DNA from: an uncultured virus (IMG/VR IMGVR_UViG_3300025141_015636)
Taxonomy: Duplodnaviria > Heunggongvirae > Uroviricota > Caudoviricetes
Direction: 5' to 3' (one strand)
Virus record (IMG/VR): IMGVR_UViG_3300025141_015636
DNA: 64,000 nucleotides
In this document: positions 9,801-19,442 of the stretch, piece after piece
Layout: each line of letters opens with the position of its first letter
Numbering within the stretch: position 1 is the stretch's first letter
The notes under the pieces: generated by a model
What the model was told of the DNA's origin: nothing
What the model saw: the letters and a program-made list of their open reading frames with translations, nothing else
The model's database searches: none
Made by a program: the position numbers and the translations under genes

Positions 9801-10764
9801 TTGCAAAACAACCGAACTTCTAGATACAGGAGGAACTGGTAGAAAATTTATAATGCCAGTTGCAATTACGGCAGGAATGATGGAATCTTTAAGAAACAGA
9901 GCAATGGATTCTACCGGAGATCTTTCATACAGAGATTCAACACTTGTATCTATAAAAATATGGAGAAGAAATCTTTTAAAAGAGTCTGAGCTTGCAACAC
10001 CGAGAGAGTTTGTATTTGATACGTCGAGATTTGTAATTATGGGAAGACCAGAGCATACTGAAAAAGAGGGATCTGGAGAAATAGATGGAGATGTTTCATC
10101 ACCAGATCCTCAAACAGCAGATACTGTTCTTTCAGATACTGTTGTACGGCACTATGGAACTGAGGGAAACAAAGGAACCTATACGGGAAAAGCATATAAA
10201 GATTCATGGGACGCTTCAGACTTTGGATATAATGTTACGTCTCAAGATGTCTTCAACAATCACGCAATAGATAATCTTTTAAAAACATATCTTAGATTGA
10301 CAACTGGATTTGATGTATCTGAAGATGTATTTCCATTTCTAGAGGGAAATGTTTTCTTCGATGGTGTTGATCCAGGCAAGGAGGATCTTCTTGAGTCATT
10401 ATCTAACGATGCTGCTGAGATGTTTGCAGATAGAGATTTAGAAGCATCATTAAATTATGACAGGCTTGTAGGAGAATTAAAAAGATCAATAATTTTAAGT
10501 TCTCAAAAATATAGAAACAGAATAGTTTATCCAAAAGTTTTTGAAAGAGTATTTTGTATGCTTGTTGATCAGGAGTGGTCAGATTCTGCCAATACTGAAG
10601 GTGGAACATATGCACAATTTTATGCAACAGTATCAATACTTCCGCCAGCAACAACATTTAGCTTTGAAGGTGATGATACAATAACTGCGCCTGAATTCAC
10701 CGCAGCAGTTTTTACAGGAACAGATAGTAATGTACCAAGTGCTCTCCTTCCATGGGAAAGTTAA
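6829..10764 (+). CDS. Large acidic hypothetical protein, probably structural
   Basis: 1311-aa uninterrupted ORF within the structural block; no motif recognised. Confidence 0.6.
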   Translation: MGNPTPGIIVQIQPVEINSSPTPSGMSSIEDSSLTFDEAQALTNVPYLDMVLVEKNYDDIYLNPDLEAMLNTRGFSTQRPEILGMFEFLPPLSAYGEGYDYQTTSYGELFDYQCQLKQLRYTDALGFFTKMLEFSYEDASAGKIFKNDSKSDEYLDVYEEDMDIAKSTIDYLESLYESISSFIDGQNIKAKSFNTIDVVTPHPSSRTTTVGESIVASLADIIPMPAENAWNDANTNFTVEEFIEYKIGFTSDWVARSSNTTIVLQLLSYLGGMGAFANGIYGVMTPGTDSDYSQYPTNGIVGYSVGINSTITKLLDWNLLYPKLVTAGGELYLYSEQDNNMISLSDVLKYHDQDGDSWSDATVYGGEGSEAHSTLGALIHAFGMDAIQNATFQMDLHGTGEVRDIPTEIASILGIDTSQTVESILDGRESAKDTSAIAHLIPENEDASSQDQQYVESFTTSNFNLAEGIASSRSGRSYYVDEIPTREVTESQERLNKLISNLYSLGTNSVKNLLRLSGIKKLNENNNHFSYTPGYDSNYSLTPSLFIVKIFEALAKTLKPWANLGGSGSWLPGHIVPLAVCTTATGDINMGPYDGNITRSLLKYILARDEYKYKNWREASSEAEARDIYIQARDDLTEDIKDHMRDRITFAEFNGSNGKDETSAPVFGGGEKGTSWEQDWSYAYMCKEAYTSEESIFSNSSKIGDDYFTIMFGVGGFELDSDKGSVFDAPIEAVNEFLEILETGCQTMPGSRNEEILLENDYTGRGINRASMISAAYLLCLRVWKQFAGGAVIWTDSAERRSSGGGVSVGNKWGGSSGWFDKRVIHSYINAFEEWQHGGTPFLGEIGDILTETKYDNDVVPWSTGYGYYKDIQSALEMMDEIYNTAINIEKNAIQTSLYIGNILDSLKSAASGVISHIDEINLTSQTFENPLEEIMSDEDFGQATLFSTTRDQISLARALYDSFAVPNREYPYLPASKAIMTNQSKNLAGFCKTTELLDTGGTGRKFIMPVAITAGMMESLRNRAMDSTGDLSYRDSTLVSIKIWRRNLLKESELATPREFVFDTSRFVIMGRPEHTEKEGSGEIDGDVSSPDPQTADTVLSDTVVRHYGTEGNKGTYTGKAYKDSWDASDFGYNVTSQDVFNNHAIDNLLKTYLRLTTGFDVSEDVFPFLEGNVFFDGVDPGKEDLLESLSNDAAEMFADRDLEASLNYDRLVGELKRSIILSSQKYRNRIVYPKVFERVFCMLVDQEWSDSANTEGGTYAQFYATVSILPPATTFSFEGDDTITAPEFTAAVFTGTDSNVPSALLPWES

Positions 10765-10817
10765 AATTATGAACTATCTATCAATATATTTTAAAACAAA
10801 AAAGGAGATTTTATAGA

Positions 10818-12854
10818 ATGGCTGGAGAAAGCTTAATACAAGAAATGGTAAGCGATGAAGAGCTGGTAACTGGAGTTGAAATAAGCCACGCAGCACAGGT
10901 AGGATCAGAGTCATCTGCATCAGAAAGCTTTTCTGAATTCCTTGAAGAAAATATATCTGGATGGGAATCAGCAACATATCCTGCAGCACCTTCAACGGTT
11001 ATAGATCTTCCAGAAGTAATATCAATAGATTCTGAGTTTTTCTATAACTACTATACAAGAGATGAGAGAACTGTTAGTACAGGAGTTGAGTCAATAATTG
11101 ATATATCATCTAGTGAAGCTGACATAGAGTTTGTAAAGAAAAGATCACGGACGGCAAGATCAGTTATTATAAAGATAAGAGTTCCGTCAGCAATGCCGTA
11201 TACAAATGCAGGATCAACATTTTTATATGACTATGTTAATAGTAATATGAACTCATCAGATTTTCTATCTGAAAATAAAGACAAGATAGTTTTTGAAGGT
11301 GCTGTAGCAAATAGTAGATTTTCTTCTGTTATATTGATGGATAACCAGCTTGATACAGCATTTTATCATGCACTAACATCATCAGTAGCATTTGAAGATA
11401 CACTTCATAATTCACCTATGGTTACAGATGCTAATTCAGAGCTAACAGCTTTTTTATCATCTCCGTTTGCAAGCATATCAGGGGCAACAAATATTGTAAG
11501 AAAAGCTCTTGGAAATCTTCAGCCAGTGGGCGTTGCATATGCACCGACTGATGCAAGGCAAGAAATAGTTACAGATGCATTGAGAAGTGTCAGATTTGTA
11601 GAGTTTAACTCAACAATTAACAATGCAGTAATTTCAAATATGACTCTCGCTGCATTAGAGGATAGGGGCAATATATATCAGGATGAGTTACTTGGAATAG
11701 CTGATGACGCAGAACAAATTCAAACAAACTATGTGCAGAATTCAAATCCTAGTAACTTAAGTACTTCTGAGTTTGAGCTAGAGCTAGCTGCGACAGATGT
11801 CTTTGTAAAGTCTGAAGTAATTGATCAGGGTTTTACCATAAATGAAAGTTCAATTGCAGTTGGACTTTATATAGAAAAGTTTGAAATACAGTCGTCAGAT
11901 GATGGTAAATCTTGGACTAGAAAAGAGCTTGAACCTATAATAATAAGCAATTATGGAAACTTTAATATATTTGATTCTGATATAAAATATGGAGCATCGT
12001 ATGTCTATAAAGTTAAGATAATTCATGCAACGGCATACGAAGCAACAGCAGTAGATCCGGATGGTCTAACACAAGACGAAGAGGTTTTTGCTGTAAGTTT
12101 AATTGCATCAAGAGGCGTAAGTACAAAAGTTAGCTGTGTTGAAACAATAGCACCAAAACCTCCTCAAAATATTAGATTTAAATATAATTTTCAAAATAAT
12201 ACACTTACAATACTATGGGAAGAACCATCTAATCCGCAGCGTGATGTTGTAAGGTACCAAATTTTTAGAAGAGCAAGTACAGATCTTCCATTTACGCTTC
12301 TAGGAGAGCTAGACTTTGATAACTCTACATCAAGAGTTGTTCCACTTGAAAAAGCCCCGCCCGAAAAAAGCTTTAGAGTTGCAGGCCAAAGAAAGATTTT
12401 TGTAGATGTAAACTATAATAGGGACAAGAATTATATTTATGCAATAGCTTGCGTAGATGCAAGAGGCTTAACATCTGGATATTCTGAGCAAATTTTAGTA
12501 TCTTATGATAAGTTTAAAAATAAAATAAATTCAAAAAGTATTTCAAAGCCAAATGCTCCAAAGCCATATCCGAATATGTACCTAGAGGGAGACTTTTTTG
12601 TTGATACAATGAGATCATCGGGAGAGACAAGGATGAGAATATTTTTTGATCCAGAGTATTATAAAGCTTTACAAACCGAAAGTGACGGGACATCTTTATC
12701 AGAGATTGATTTGGGATTAATAGGTGATAAGTATAAGCTTCATATAATTAATTTAGATCTCCAGGATAGTCAGGTTTTTGACATAGAAATTGGTGATGAA
12801 ACAGGTCCTCCAATGGAAGTTCCAGTAACAGAGGCTAATATTACATCTCTGTGA
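10818..12854 (+). CDS. Fibronectin type III-domain virion protein
   Basis: APKPPQNI...LTILWEEP...VRYQIFRR...FVD...YIYAIACVDARG..SGYS is a typical FN3 pattern; SD AAGGAG. Confidence 0.65.
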   Translation: MAGESLIQEMVSDEELVTGVEISHAAQVGSESSASESFSEFLEENISGWESATYPAAPSTVIDLPEVISIDSEFFYNYYTRDERTVSTGVESIIDISSSEADIEFVKKRSRTARSVIIKIRVPSAMPYTNAGSTFLYDYVNSNMNSSDFLSENKDKIVFEGAVANSRFSSVILMDNQLDTAFYHALTSSVAFEDTLHNSPMVTDANSELTAFLSSPFASISGATNIVRKALGNLQPVGVAYAPTDARQEIVTDALRSVRFVEFNSTINNAVISNMTLAALEDRGNIYQDELLGIADDAEQIQTNYVQNSNPSNLSTSEFELELAATDVFVKSEVIDQGFTINESSIAVGLYIEKFEIQSSDDGKSWTRKELEPIIISNYGNFNIFDSDIKYGASYVYKVKIIHATAYEATAVDPDGLTQDEEVFAVSLIASRGVSTKVSCVETIAPKPPQNIRFKYNFQNNTLTILWEEPSNPQRDVVRYQIFRRASTDLPFTLLGELDFDNSTSRVVPLEKAPPEKSFRVAGQRKIFVDVNYNRDKNYIYAIACVDARGLTSGYSEQILVSYDKFKNKINSKSISKPNAPKPYPNMYLEGDFFVDTMRSSGETRMRIFFDPEYYKALQTESDGTSLSEIDLGLIGDKYKLHIINLDLQDSQVFDIEIGDETGPPMEVPVTEANITSL

Positions 12855-12925
12855 GTAATAATATTAACAATTATCATTTACAGAAATAAAATAAGAGAAT
12901 ATATAATCAATAAGGAGTGTGAAAG

Positions 12926-13636
12926 TTGGGTTTCTTAGATCATTCGACAAATAATATAATTTTAGATGCAGTTTTAACAGATATGGGTAGAAAGATGCTT
13001 GCAGAGGCAGGCGGAAATTTTCAAATTTCAAAGTTTGCTTTAGCAGACGATGAAGTCGACTATAGAATTGTAAAAGAGTTTGGAAGAACAGTAGGTAAAG
13101 AAAAGATAGAAAAAAATACACCTGTGCTAGAAGCAAATACCACAGGATATCTAGGTTTGAAATATAGACTTAGAAGTTTAAATAACAATTCACTATCAAC
13201 ACTTCCAATACTAAAAGTAACATCTGGCCTTACTAGTGACATAGTTTCACTTGCAAGATCAAACTCAACAGTATCAGGCGTCTCAACAAGTCAGTCTGTT
13301 ACAATAGAGCAATCAATAGCATCAGGAAGGCAAAATGATCCTGATGCAGCTGATTTCTCATTTAGAGTTGTTCTTGACAGCTTATTCTTTCAAATAGTTG
13401 GACATGTGCCTGATTCAATAGACTCAAGAAATGTAGCTGTATATACTATTCCTGCTAATAGTTCAATCAGCAGTCAGAATACTACATCGTGTACGTTTAC
13501 AATATTTGCAAAACCAGTTGGACCAGATGTATTTTCGTCATATAGACTTGCAGGTCAAGACGTGGTACAAAAAAATTGCGAAGTTACCGGACTTAATTCT
13601 GGTGCAAATATTCACTTTACTGTACAAACACAGTAG
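12926..13636 (+). CDS. Virion structural protein (baseplate/fibre-anchor-like N-terminus)
   Basis: ILDAVLTDMGRKMLA...FQISKFALADDEVDY; TTG start with SD AAGGAG; paralogous N-terminus to the 2782 protein. Confidence 0.6.
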   Translation: MGFLDHSTNNIILDAVLTDMGRKMLAEAGGNFQISKFALADDEVDYRIVKEFGRTVGKEKIEKNTPVLEANTTGYLGLKYRLRSLNNNSLSTLPILKVTSGLTSDIVSLARSNSTVSGVSTSQSVTIEQSIASGRQNDPDAADFSFRVVLDSLFFQIVGHVPDSIDSRNVAVYTIPANSSISSQNTTSCTFTIFAKPVGPDVFSSYRLAGQDVVQKNCEVTGLNSGANIHFTVQTQ

Positions 13637-13660
13637 AATGTTTTATTAGAGGAATTATAA

Positions 13661-14911
13661 GTGAGTACATCAAAAACATTAGATCCGTCAACGGATATAA
13701 AAACATCTGATAGTCAGCTAAACCAGTTAGTAGACTTTATTCAGACAGACGTATCTTCGTCAAATTCTAGAAAGTCATATCAGGTATTTGTTACTGGTGG
13801 AATAGGTCCAGGGGTAACGTCATCTCTTTTTCAAACAGTATATGATCAGGATTTTTCACTACAGACATCAAATCCATGCTTTGATATAACGTGTATGATA
13901 TTTTCCGGAAGTGGTGTTGTTACAGGTTCAAAAACTGGAGAAGATTCAACAGGAAAGATGCTATTTCCATCAACATCAATAATGATGAGGGAGAAAATAG
14001 AGAATTATAATCAATATGCACAACTTCTTCTTGGAAATGCAGGTTCACCTTTTTACTCTCCATATGGAAGTTCAACACTTTCAGATAGAATAAATGTTGG
14101 AATTGCATTCAACATTAAGCGTCTTTTTCACAGGGATGCCATAAAGAGAGAATCTTTTGCAATGAGATTTTATAGAAGTGCAGCATATAGCAGTAATTCT
14201 CCAGTAAATCCAGTCATGAGACAGAATCTATGGGTAACTTCTGAATCAGGATCATGTGTCATAACAGATCTAGGATCATCCACAGCAATGGCATCTTCAG
14301 TTGGTGGAGCTGTGGGAAATCTTGTAAACTCAGCAAACACTAGTGAGAATCTTGGATTAATTTTTTACGATCAGGGGATAATTTTACTAGATGCAGAAAA
14401 GACAATGTCAGGATCTGAACATGCAACGGGATCAATTCAGGCAGTTTCTGCACAGACAGTTGACGGTGCAGCTGGTCGTACAGTTCTAGGAGAGATCTTA
14501 TCAACATCTGGTAAGAAAGGAAATAGGCAGGCAAAGTTCATACCCGACTTCTTCGTATCAGCTTCGATAGATCAAGTAGTAGATCACATAGCAGAGGCAA
14601 GAGTAAGTTCTGGATCACTAACATTTATGACTTTTCAAAATATAACACAGATCAAATCAACTCTAATATTCTGCAGGGCGACTGCTGATGAGTTCAACTA
14701 TTCATCTAATCCAACGTATGTCGATCCATCAAATAACAAGATAAGGGTTATTGAAACAGGACAGGAAGGCTCACAAAAGGCTTTCTCATATATTACTACA
14801 ATAGGACTTTATGATGCAAATGATAATTTATTAGCAGTTGCAAAGACATCAAGACCAATTGAAAAAAATGATGAAAAGGATTTGACAATACGGGTAAGGC
14901 TCGATTTCTAG
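13661..14911 (+). CDS. Virion structural protein (baseplate/fibre-anchor-like C-terminus)
   Basis: C-terminal FNYSSNPTY...YITTIGLYDANDNLLAVAKTSRPIEK...IRVRLDF; paralogous C-terminus to the 14921 protein. Confidence 0.6.
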   Translation: MSTSKTLDPSTDIKTSDSQLNQLVDFIQTDVSSSNSRKSYQVFVTGGIGPGVTSSLFQTVYDQDFSLQTSNPCFDITCMIFSGSGVVTGSKTGEDSTGKMLFPSTSIMMREKIENYNQYAQLLLGNAGSPFYSPYGSSTLSDRINVGIAFNIKRLFHRDAIKRESFAMRFYRSAAYSSNSPVNPVMRQNLWVTSESGSCVITDLGSSTAMASSVGGAVGNLVNSANTSENLGLIFYDQGIILLDAEKTMSGSEHATGSIQAVSAQTVDGAAGRTVLGEILSTSGKKGNRQAKFIPDFFVSASIDQVVDHIAEARVSSGSLTFMTFQNITQIKSTLIFCRATADEFNYSSNPTYVDPSNNKIRVIETGQEGSQKAFSYITTIGLYDANDNLLAVAKTSRPIEKNDEKDLTIRVRLDF

Positions 14912-14920
14912 GGTCTTAGT

Positions 14921-17341
14921 ATGTCTATTGTCAAAGTCTTAAATGAGCGACAGGAGAACTTTTCACTAACTCTTCATCCTGAAACTAGATACCTTAGTTC
15001 ATCAAATGGAACATCTGGATCTGCTGCACTATCTCCAAGACCCAGTCCGGCATTAAAAGATTTGATAGCTCCCGGAGAAACAGGCGAGCTATCATTTGGA
15101 ACTGATGGATCGACAGATAGTTCATTTGACGAATCTGCATTTCTAGCAACAATAGCAAAAGATGCAGCATCTTTAATTGTAAATGGTGCAATGCTAGCTG
15201 GGACGTCTGTAGATGTTTCCGAGTATATGGAAACATATCTATCAGGGGTTAATACAGCAAATAGTCCAACTAGAAACTCTAAAAGATTGTATATAACAAG
15301 ATTTGATCCACCTTTCTCTCTTAACGATGTTGCAATTGAAAAGTTGATAATAAAAGATAATCTTTTACCATTCTATGCTGCAAGATATGACGTTAGTGAA
15401 TTTGCATATACAAACTATAGTACTTTAAATTTTTTAACTGCTTCTGGGCTTCCTGAAAATTCTGCTATAATATACCCAAACTTAAGTAGAACAGTAAATG
15501 AGCCGAGGCCGTACTCTCCCACCGGATCATTTTCAATAGACTTTTATATAAATCCAAGATATACTACAGAGAGGCTAGAGTCTTATAAAGCTGGGACAAT
15601 TTTTCATCTATCATCATCATTTGCTGTATCTTTAGTTTCTGGAAGTAGTCGTGACCAAGATCAGAAGGTCGATGGATTTAGAATAGCATTACAGCTAAGT
15701 CACAGTGCAGATGTACCTCCAAGTACTATAAATTTCAATGCCACATCACATACACATCCTAAAGATCTTGTATTTGTTACACCTGACAACTCTTTAAAAA
15801 GAAATAATTGGCATCATGTTACAATAAGGTGGGGCGGAAAAGATTTTAATATGGGTACAGGCAGTATCTTAATTGATAGTATGTCTACACAATTTGTATT
15901 TACAGGGTCAGATATACTTCCCCCACCTCATATTGGATGCTCTGCACTTATTGTAGGAAATTATTATGAGGGGTATGATAATGAGGCAAAATTCTTTAAT
16001 GAAAATGTTTCAAATGAAGGTGTATATCCTACGCTAGAAGGTCTCACTGAAGATCCAGTTAACTTCTTCTTCAGGCACAAGCTGAATGCAGAAGTTCATG
16101 AGCTAAAAATATTCAACAGGTATATTGCAAATAAAGAAATTGAAAAATATAGCAAGTCTTCACCGCAAAATTTTAAAGATTTAATGTTCTACGTTCCGCC
16201 AATGTTTATAAGGGAATCAAGGGAAAGAGACGTTCTCTTGACTCCATTTCAGACAACAAGTAAAAAAACTGATGATCCATTTAATGTAGATTTCTCATTT
16301 GGTGTCGGAGGGTTTGTTATGAATCTTGAAAACCACACCAGGGAGTTTATTAAAAGATTCTCTCCGCGTTTATATAATCTTACTGCTTCAACATTAAATA
16401 CAACTGTTGAAAATATAACTGCAACACAATTTGTCTACGCATCTGCATCAATAAGGGCAAGAAATTTAACTATACTTCCAAATGACAATGGAAGATTTAT
16501 GCCAGATTATACTATTTTATCTACCGGTAGCAGTGATAGTTCAAAGTTTAAATCTATATACGGCGGTCAAAATTTAAGTCTGGTATCTATAGATTCAATG
16601 ATATCCACAGGAACAATATTTCCTGGATTGCCAACAACAGCAGTTTCAGATGTAATTGCAGCAATAGATGATGATGCAACAACACTTCCTGATGCAACAG
16701 GTCCCGATACAATAACAGCACTAATAGCAGGCGTTACACCTGAAAGCATGGGTGGAATATCAGGTCCAATACTCACAATTGCACAAAGAACGCGAGATTT
16801 ATCTTCTAATGAGATATGCTTTTTCGACATATCAAATCTTTTCTATGGAGATCAAATAAAAGAGGAGTCTTTGACAATTGTAGATAACTCACTAACTGGA
16901 TCAGGTGGAAAGATAAAGATATCGCTAAGGGATAACGGAAAGGGAGGTGTATATAGGTGTGATGCACAAGGTCCAAATCCCAAATGGTCAAATATAGGGA
17001 ACTGTATATATGATGAGGGAATTGTTCTTGTTAAACACCCAGCGCTAACATTTTTTGGAAAAGATCAGTTTGAAATAACATTTAAGGGTCACCAAAATAT
17101 TCATATAAAAATGTATAATATTGAACTAGGCAGCGGATTATTTAATTCATCTAGCAACCCTCAATATAAAGTCTTGTCAGCTTCTGGAAGTCCATCAGAT
17201 ATTGGAAAGAAGTTTGTATATATAGACAGCCTTAATCTTCATGATGAAAATTTAAATATAATTATGAGGGCAAATTTCGCACAACCGATTAAAAAGAGAG
17301 TGAATGATTCTATGGTAATAAGATTTAAGATGGATTTTTAA
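14921..17341 (+). CDS. Virion protein with a ConA/laminin-G-like domain and fibre-anchor-like C-terminus
   Basis: SFSIDFYINP...NNWHHVTIRW...LIVGN...VHELKIFNRYI fits a LamG-3 pattern. Ends FNSSSNPQY...YIDSLNLHDENLNIIMRANFAQPIKK...RFKMDF. Confidence 0.65.
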   Translation: MSIVKVLNERQENFSLTLHPETRYLSSSNGTSGSAALSPRPSPALKDLIAPGETGELSFGTDGSTDSSFDESAFLATIAKDAASLIVNGAMLAGTSVDVSEYMETYLSGVNTANSPTRNSKRLYITRFDPPFSLNDVAIEKLIIKDNLLPFYAARYDVSEFAYTNYSTLNFLTASGLPENSAIIYPNLSRTVNEPRPYSPTGSFSIDFYINPRYTTERLESYKAGTIFHLSSSFAVSLVSGSSRDQDQKVDGFRIALQLSHSADVPPSTINFNATSHTHPKDLVFVTPDNSLKRNNWHHVTIRWGGKDFNMGTGSILIDSMSTQFVFTGSDILPPPHIGCSALIVGNYYEGYDNEAKFFNENVSNEGVYPTLEGLTEDPVNFFFRHKLNAEVHELKIFNRYIANKEIEKYSKSSPQNFKDLMFYVPPMFIRESRERDVLLTPFQTTSKKTDDPFNVDFSFGVGGFVMNLENHTREFIKRFSPRLYNLTASTLNTTVENITATQFVYASASIRARNLTILPNDNGRFMPDYTILSTGSSDSSKFKSIYGGQNLSLVSIDSMISTGTIFPGLPTTAVSDVIAAIDDDATTLPDATGPDTITALIAGVTPESMGGISGPILTIAQRTRDLSSNEICFFDISNLFYGDQIKEESLTIVDNSLTGSGGKIKISLRDNGKGGVYRCDAQGPNPKWSNIGNCIYDEGIVLVKHPALTFFGKDQFEITFKGHQNIHIKMYNIELGSGLFNSSSNPQYKVLSASGSPSDIGKKFVYIDSLNLHDENLNIIMRANFAQPIKKRVNDSMVIRFKMDF

Positions 17342-17886
17342 TGATACTTGGCCTAGATGTTTCAACTGCATGTACTGGATGGTGTGTCTTAGATATGAGT
17401 GGATCACTTGTTTCTATGGGTGCAATAGAGCTATCAAGTATAAAGAACACATACAAAAAAGCAAAACTAGTAAGAGATAAAATGTCTTCTCTTTTAATTG
17501 ATTATAATATAAAAAGCGTTTATATAGAGGAAAATTTACAATCATTCAGATCAGGATTTTCATCAGCGAGAACATTATCAACACTAGCAAGATTTAATGG
17601 AATAGTATCACTTATATGCTATGAGACATTTAACTTAGATCCTATCCATATAAACGTCAATCATGCAAGAAGATCACTGGATATAAAAATTATTAGAAAA
17701 AAAGACGGCGGACAGCCAACAAAGGCACAAATTTTAAATTGGGTATCAGGTGAGATCGATTTCTTATGGCCGACTAAAATCTTAAAATCTGGCCCTAGAA
17801 AGGGATTAAAGATCACAAAGGATACATGCTATGATATGGCAGATGCATATGTCATAGCAAGAGCTGGAATACTAGAGTGTAAATAG
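17341..17886 (+). CDS. RuvC-like Holliday junction resolvase
   Basis: MILGLDVSTACTGW, VYIEE and DMADA carry the RNase H-fold acidic residues of the RuvC family. Confidence 0.8.
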   Translation: MILGLDVSTACTGWCVLDMSGSLVSMGAIELSSIKNTYKKAKLVRDKMSSLLIDYNIKSVYIEENLQSFRSGFSSARTLSTLARFNGIVSLICYETFNLDPIHINVNHARRSLDIKIIRKKDGGQPTKAQILNWVSGEIDFLWPTKILKSGPRKGLKITKDTCYDMADAYVIARAGILECK

Positions 17887-17931
17887 TTCAAAAATAGTTT
17901 ATTATTACCTACAAGTATTGGAAAAGGTATA

Positions 17932-18909
17932 TTGAACTCTGTAACTGAAAAGCTAGATTTCCTAAGATCTGTTTTTGGTGATATAAAAGTCGCTAGAGAC
18001 GGAGTTAATGTTGCTGTAATGTGTCCTTCATGTGAAAATAAAAGAAAAGAAAAATTTTCAATAAATATTGAAACATGGCAGTGTCACTGCTGGATATGCG
18101 GTGTAAAATCAAATAATTTATTTTTTATACTAAGAGACAAAGTTTCAAATTCTTTATCTGTAAAGTTTAAAGAGAAATTTGATACAAACAATTCTATAAA
18201 ATTATCTAAAAATATTGAAAATGTTGATAGTGAAATTCCAAAAATTCCAGATAATTTTATACTTTTATCAGAAGCATATCTTGGAAATACTCGCGATCCA
18301 GATATAAGGGCATGTATATCGTATCTCTTTAAAAGAGGCTTAACAGTAAGCGATTTATGGTATTTTAAAATAGGAACATCTATAGACGGTAATTACAGAC
18401 GTAAAGTAATATTTCCATCATTTTCAACCGAGGGAGAGATAAATTACTTTGTATCCAGAACTATAGATGATGATCAAAAAATAAAATATAAAAATTCAAA
18501 AAATAAAAAGACAGAAATAATTTTTAATGAAATTAACATAGATTGGAACAGAGAAGTGACTATAGTAGAGGGACCATTTGATCTTGTAAAAGCAAATAAA
18601 AATTCAACTTGTATTTTAGGATCAAAGCTTTCAAAAGAAAGCAGACTATTTAAAAAGCTTGTAAAGAATAAAACACCAGTTCTTTTAGCACTTGATTCAG
18701 ATATGAAATTAGAATCTCATATGATAGCAACGTCACTTGATAGTTTTGGATGCAGAGTAAAAATTTTAAATAATAGTACTACACATGATGTTGGTGATAT
18801 GAAAAAGCAAGAATTTATGATATTAAGAAATGCATCGACAGAGTGGAAAAGAGGCGATCTTTTAAAGTTTAGAATTGAATCAATTAAGACAGGTTCTATA
18901 CTTAGTTAA
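17932..18909 (+). CDS. DNA primase (zinc-binding + TOPRIM)
   Basis: CPSC...CHCWIC zinc finger; VIFPSF...YFVSR; TOPRIM IVEGPFD and LALDSD; HDVGDM. Confidence 0.88.
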   Translation: MNSVTEKLDFLRSVFGDIKVARDGVNVAVMCPSCENKRKEKFSINIETWQCHCWICGVKSNNLFFILRDKVSNSLSVKFKEKFDTNNSIKLSKNIENVDSEIPKIPDNFILLSEAYLGNTRDPDIRACISYLFKRGLTVSDLWYFKIGTSIDGNYRRKVIFPSFSTEGEINYFVSRTIDDDQKIKYKNSKNKKTEIIFNEINIDWNREVTIVEGPFDLVKANKNSTCILGSKLSKESRLFKKLVKNKTPVLLALDSDMKLESHMIATSLDSFGCRVKILNNSTTHDVGDMKKQEFMILRNASTEWKRGDLLKFRIESIKTGSILS

Positions 18910-18921
18910 TAGTTATATTTA
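18909..18921 (+). promoter_or_regulatory. Putative late promoter (two overlapping ATANTTA motifs)
   Basis: ATAGTTA (18909-18915) and ATATTTA (18915-18921) precede a putative head-cargo gene inside a replication block. Confidence 0.45.
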
Positions 18922-18943
18922 TCATCAGGGAAAACAGTAGAAA

Positions 18944-19357
18944 ATGAATAGGCTAGAACTTAGAAAATTTATTATTGATGAAATGAAAACAATAATTCAA
19001 GATGACGCTTTGTTTAGACATGAAGATAATCCTGGAATTCTTGATAAGATTGATATTCCGGGAGACTCTCACAAGAAGCACAGGTCTCGACATTCATATA
19101 TGGCAAGGCCACAGCTATACAGTATTGTAAAAAATGCATCAAAAATATTTAATATGCTAGAAGATGGTCAAGAAATAGACGATTGGATGGAGAGCCATAT
19201 TTCTCAAGCTTCTGAAATGATAGAGTCTGTATTTAGAAAGCTAGATTATAAAAATAGTGGTCATAAACTCGATGGAATATTAGATAATAATTCTGAAAAT
19301 CTTCAAAAGAATCATGATACTGAGTCTCTTCAAGATTATACTAAAATAGATTTTTAA
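18944..19357 (+). CDS. Hypothetical protein, putative internal head protein
   Basis: N-terminal LRKFIIDEM helix shared with head-module ORFs; helical core MARPQLYSIVKNA...IDDWMESHISQA. Confidence 0.55.
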   Translation: MNRLELRKFIIDEMKTIIQDDALFRHEDNPGILDKIDIPGDSHKKHRSRHSYMARPQLYSIVKNASKIFNMLEDGQEIDDWMESHISQASEMIESVFRKLDYKNSGHKLDGILDNNSENLQKNHDTESLQDYTKIDF

Positions 19358-19442
19358 AAAATATCTTCTATCATATAAGAAATACTATTTGTACATGTGC
19401 CTACAATGTGTAATAATTGAATAGTACTAAAACTTTATTATA

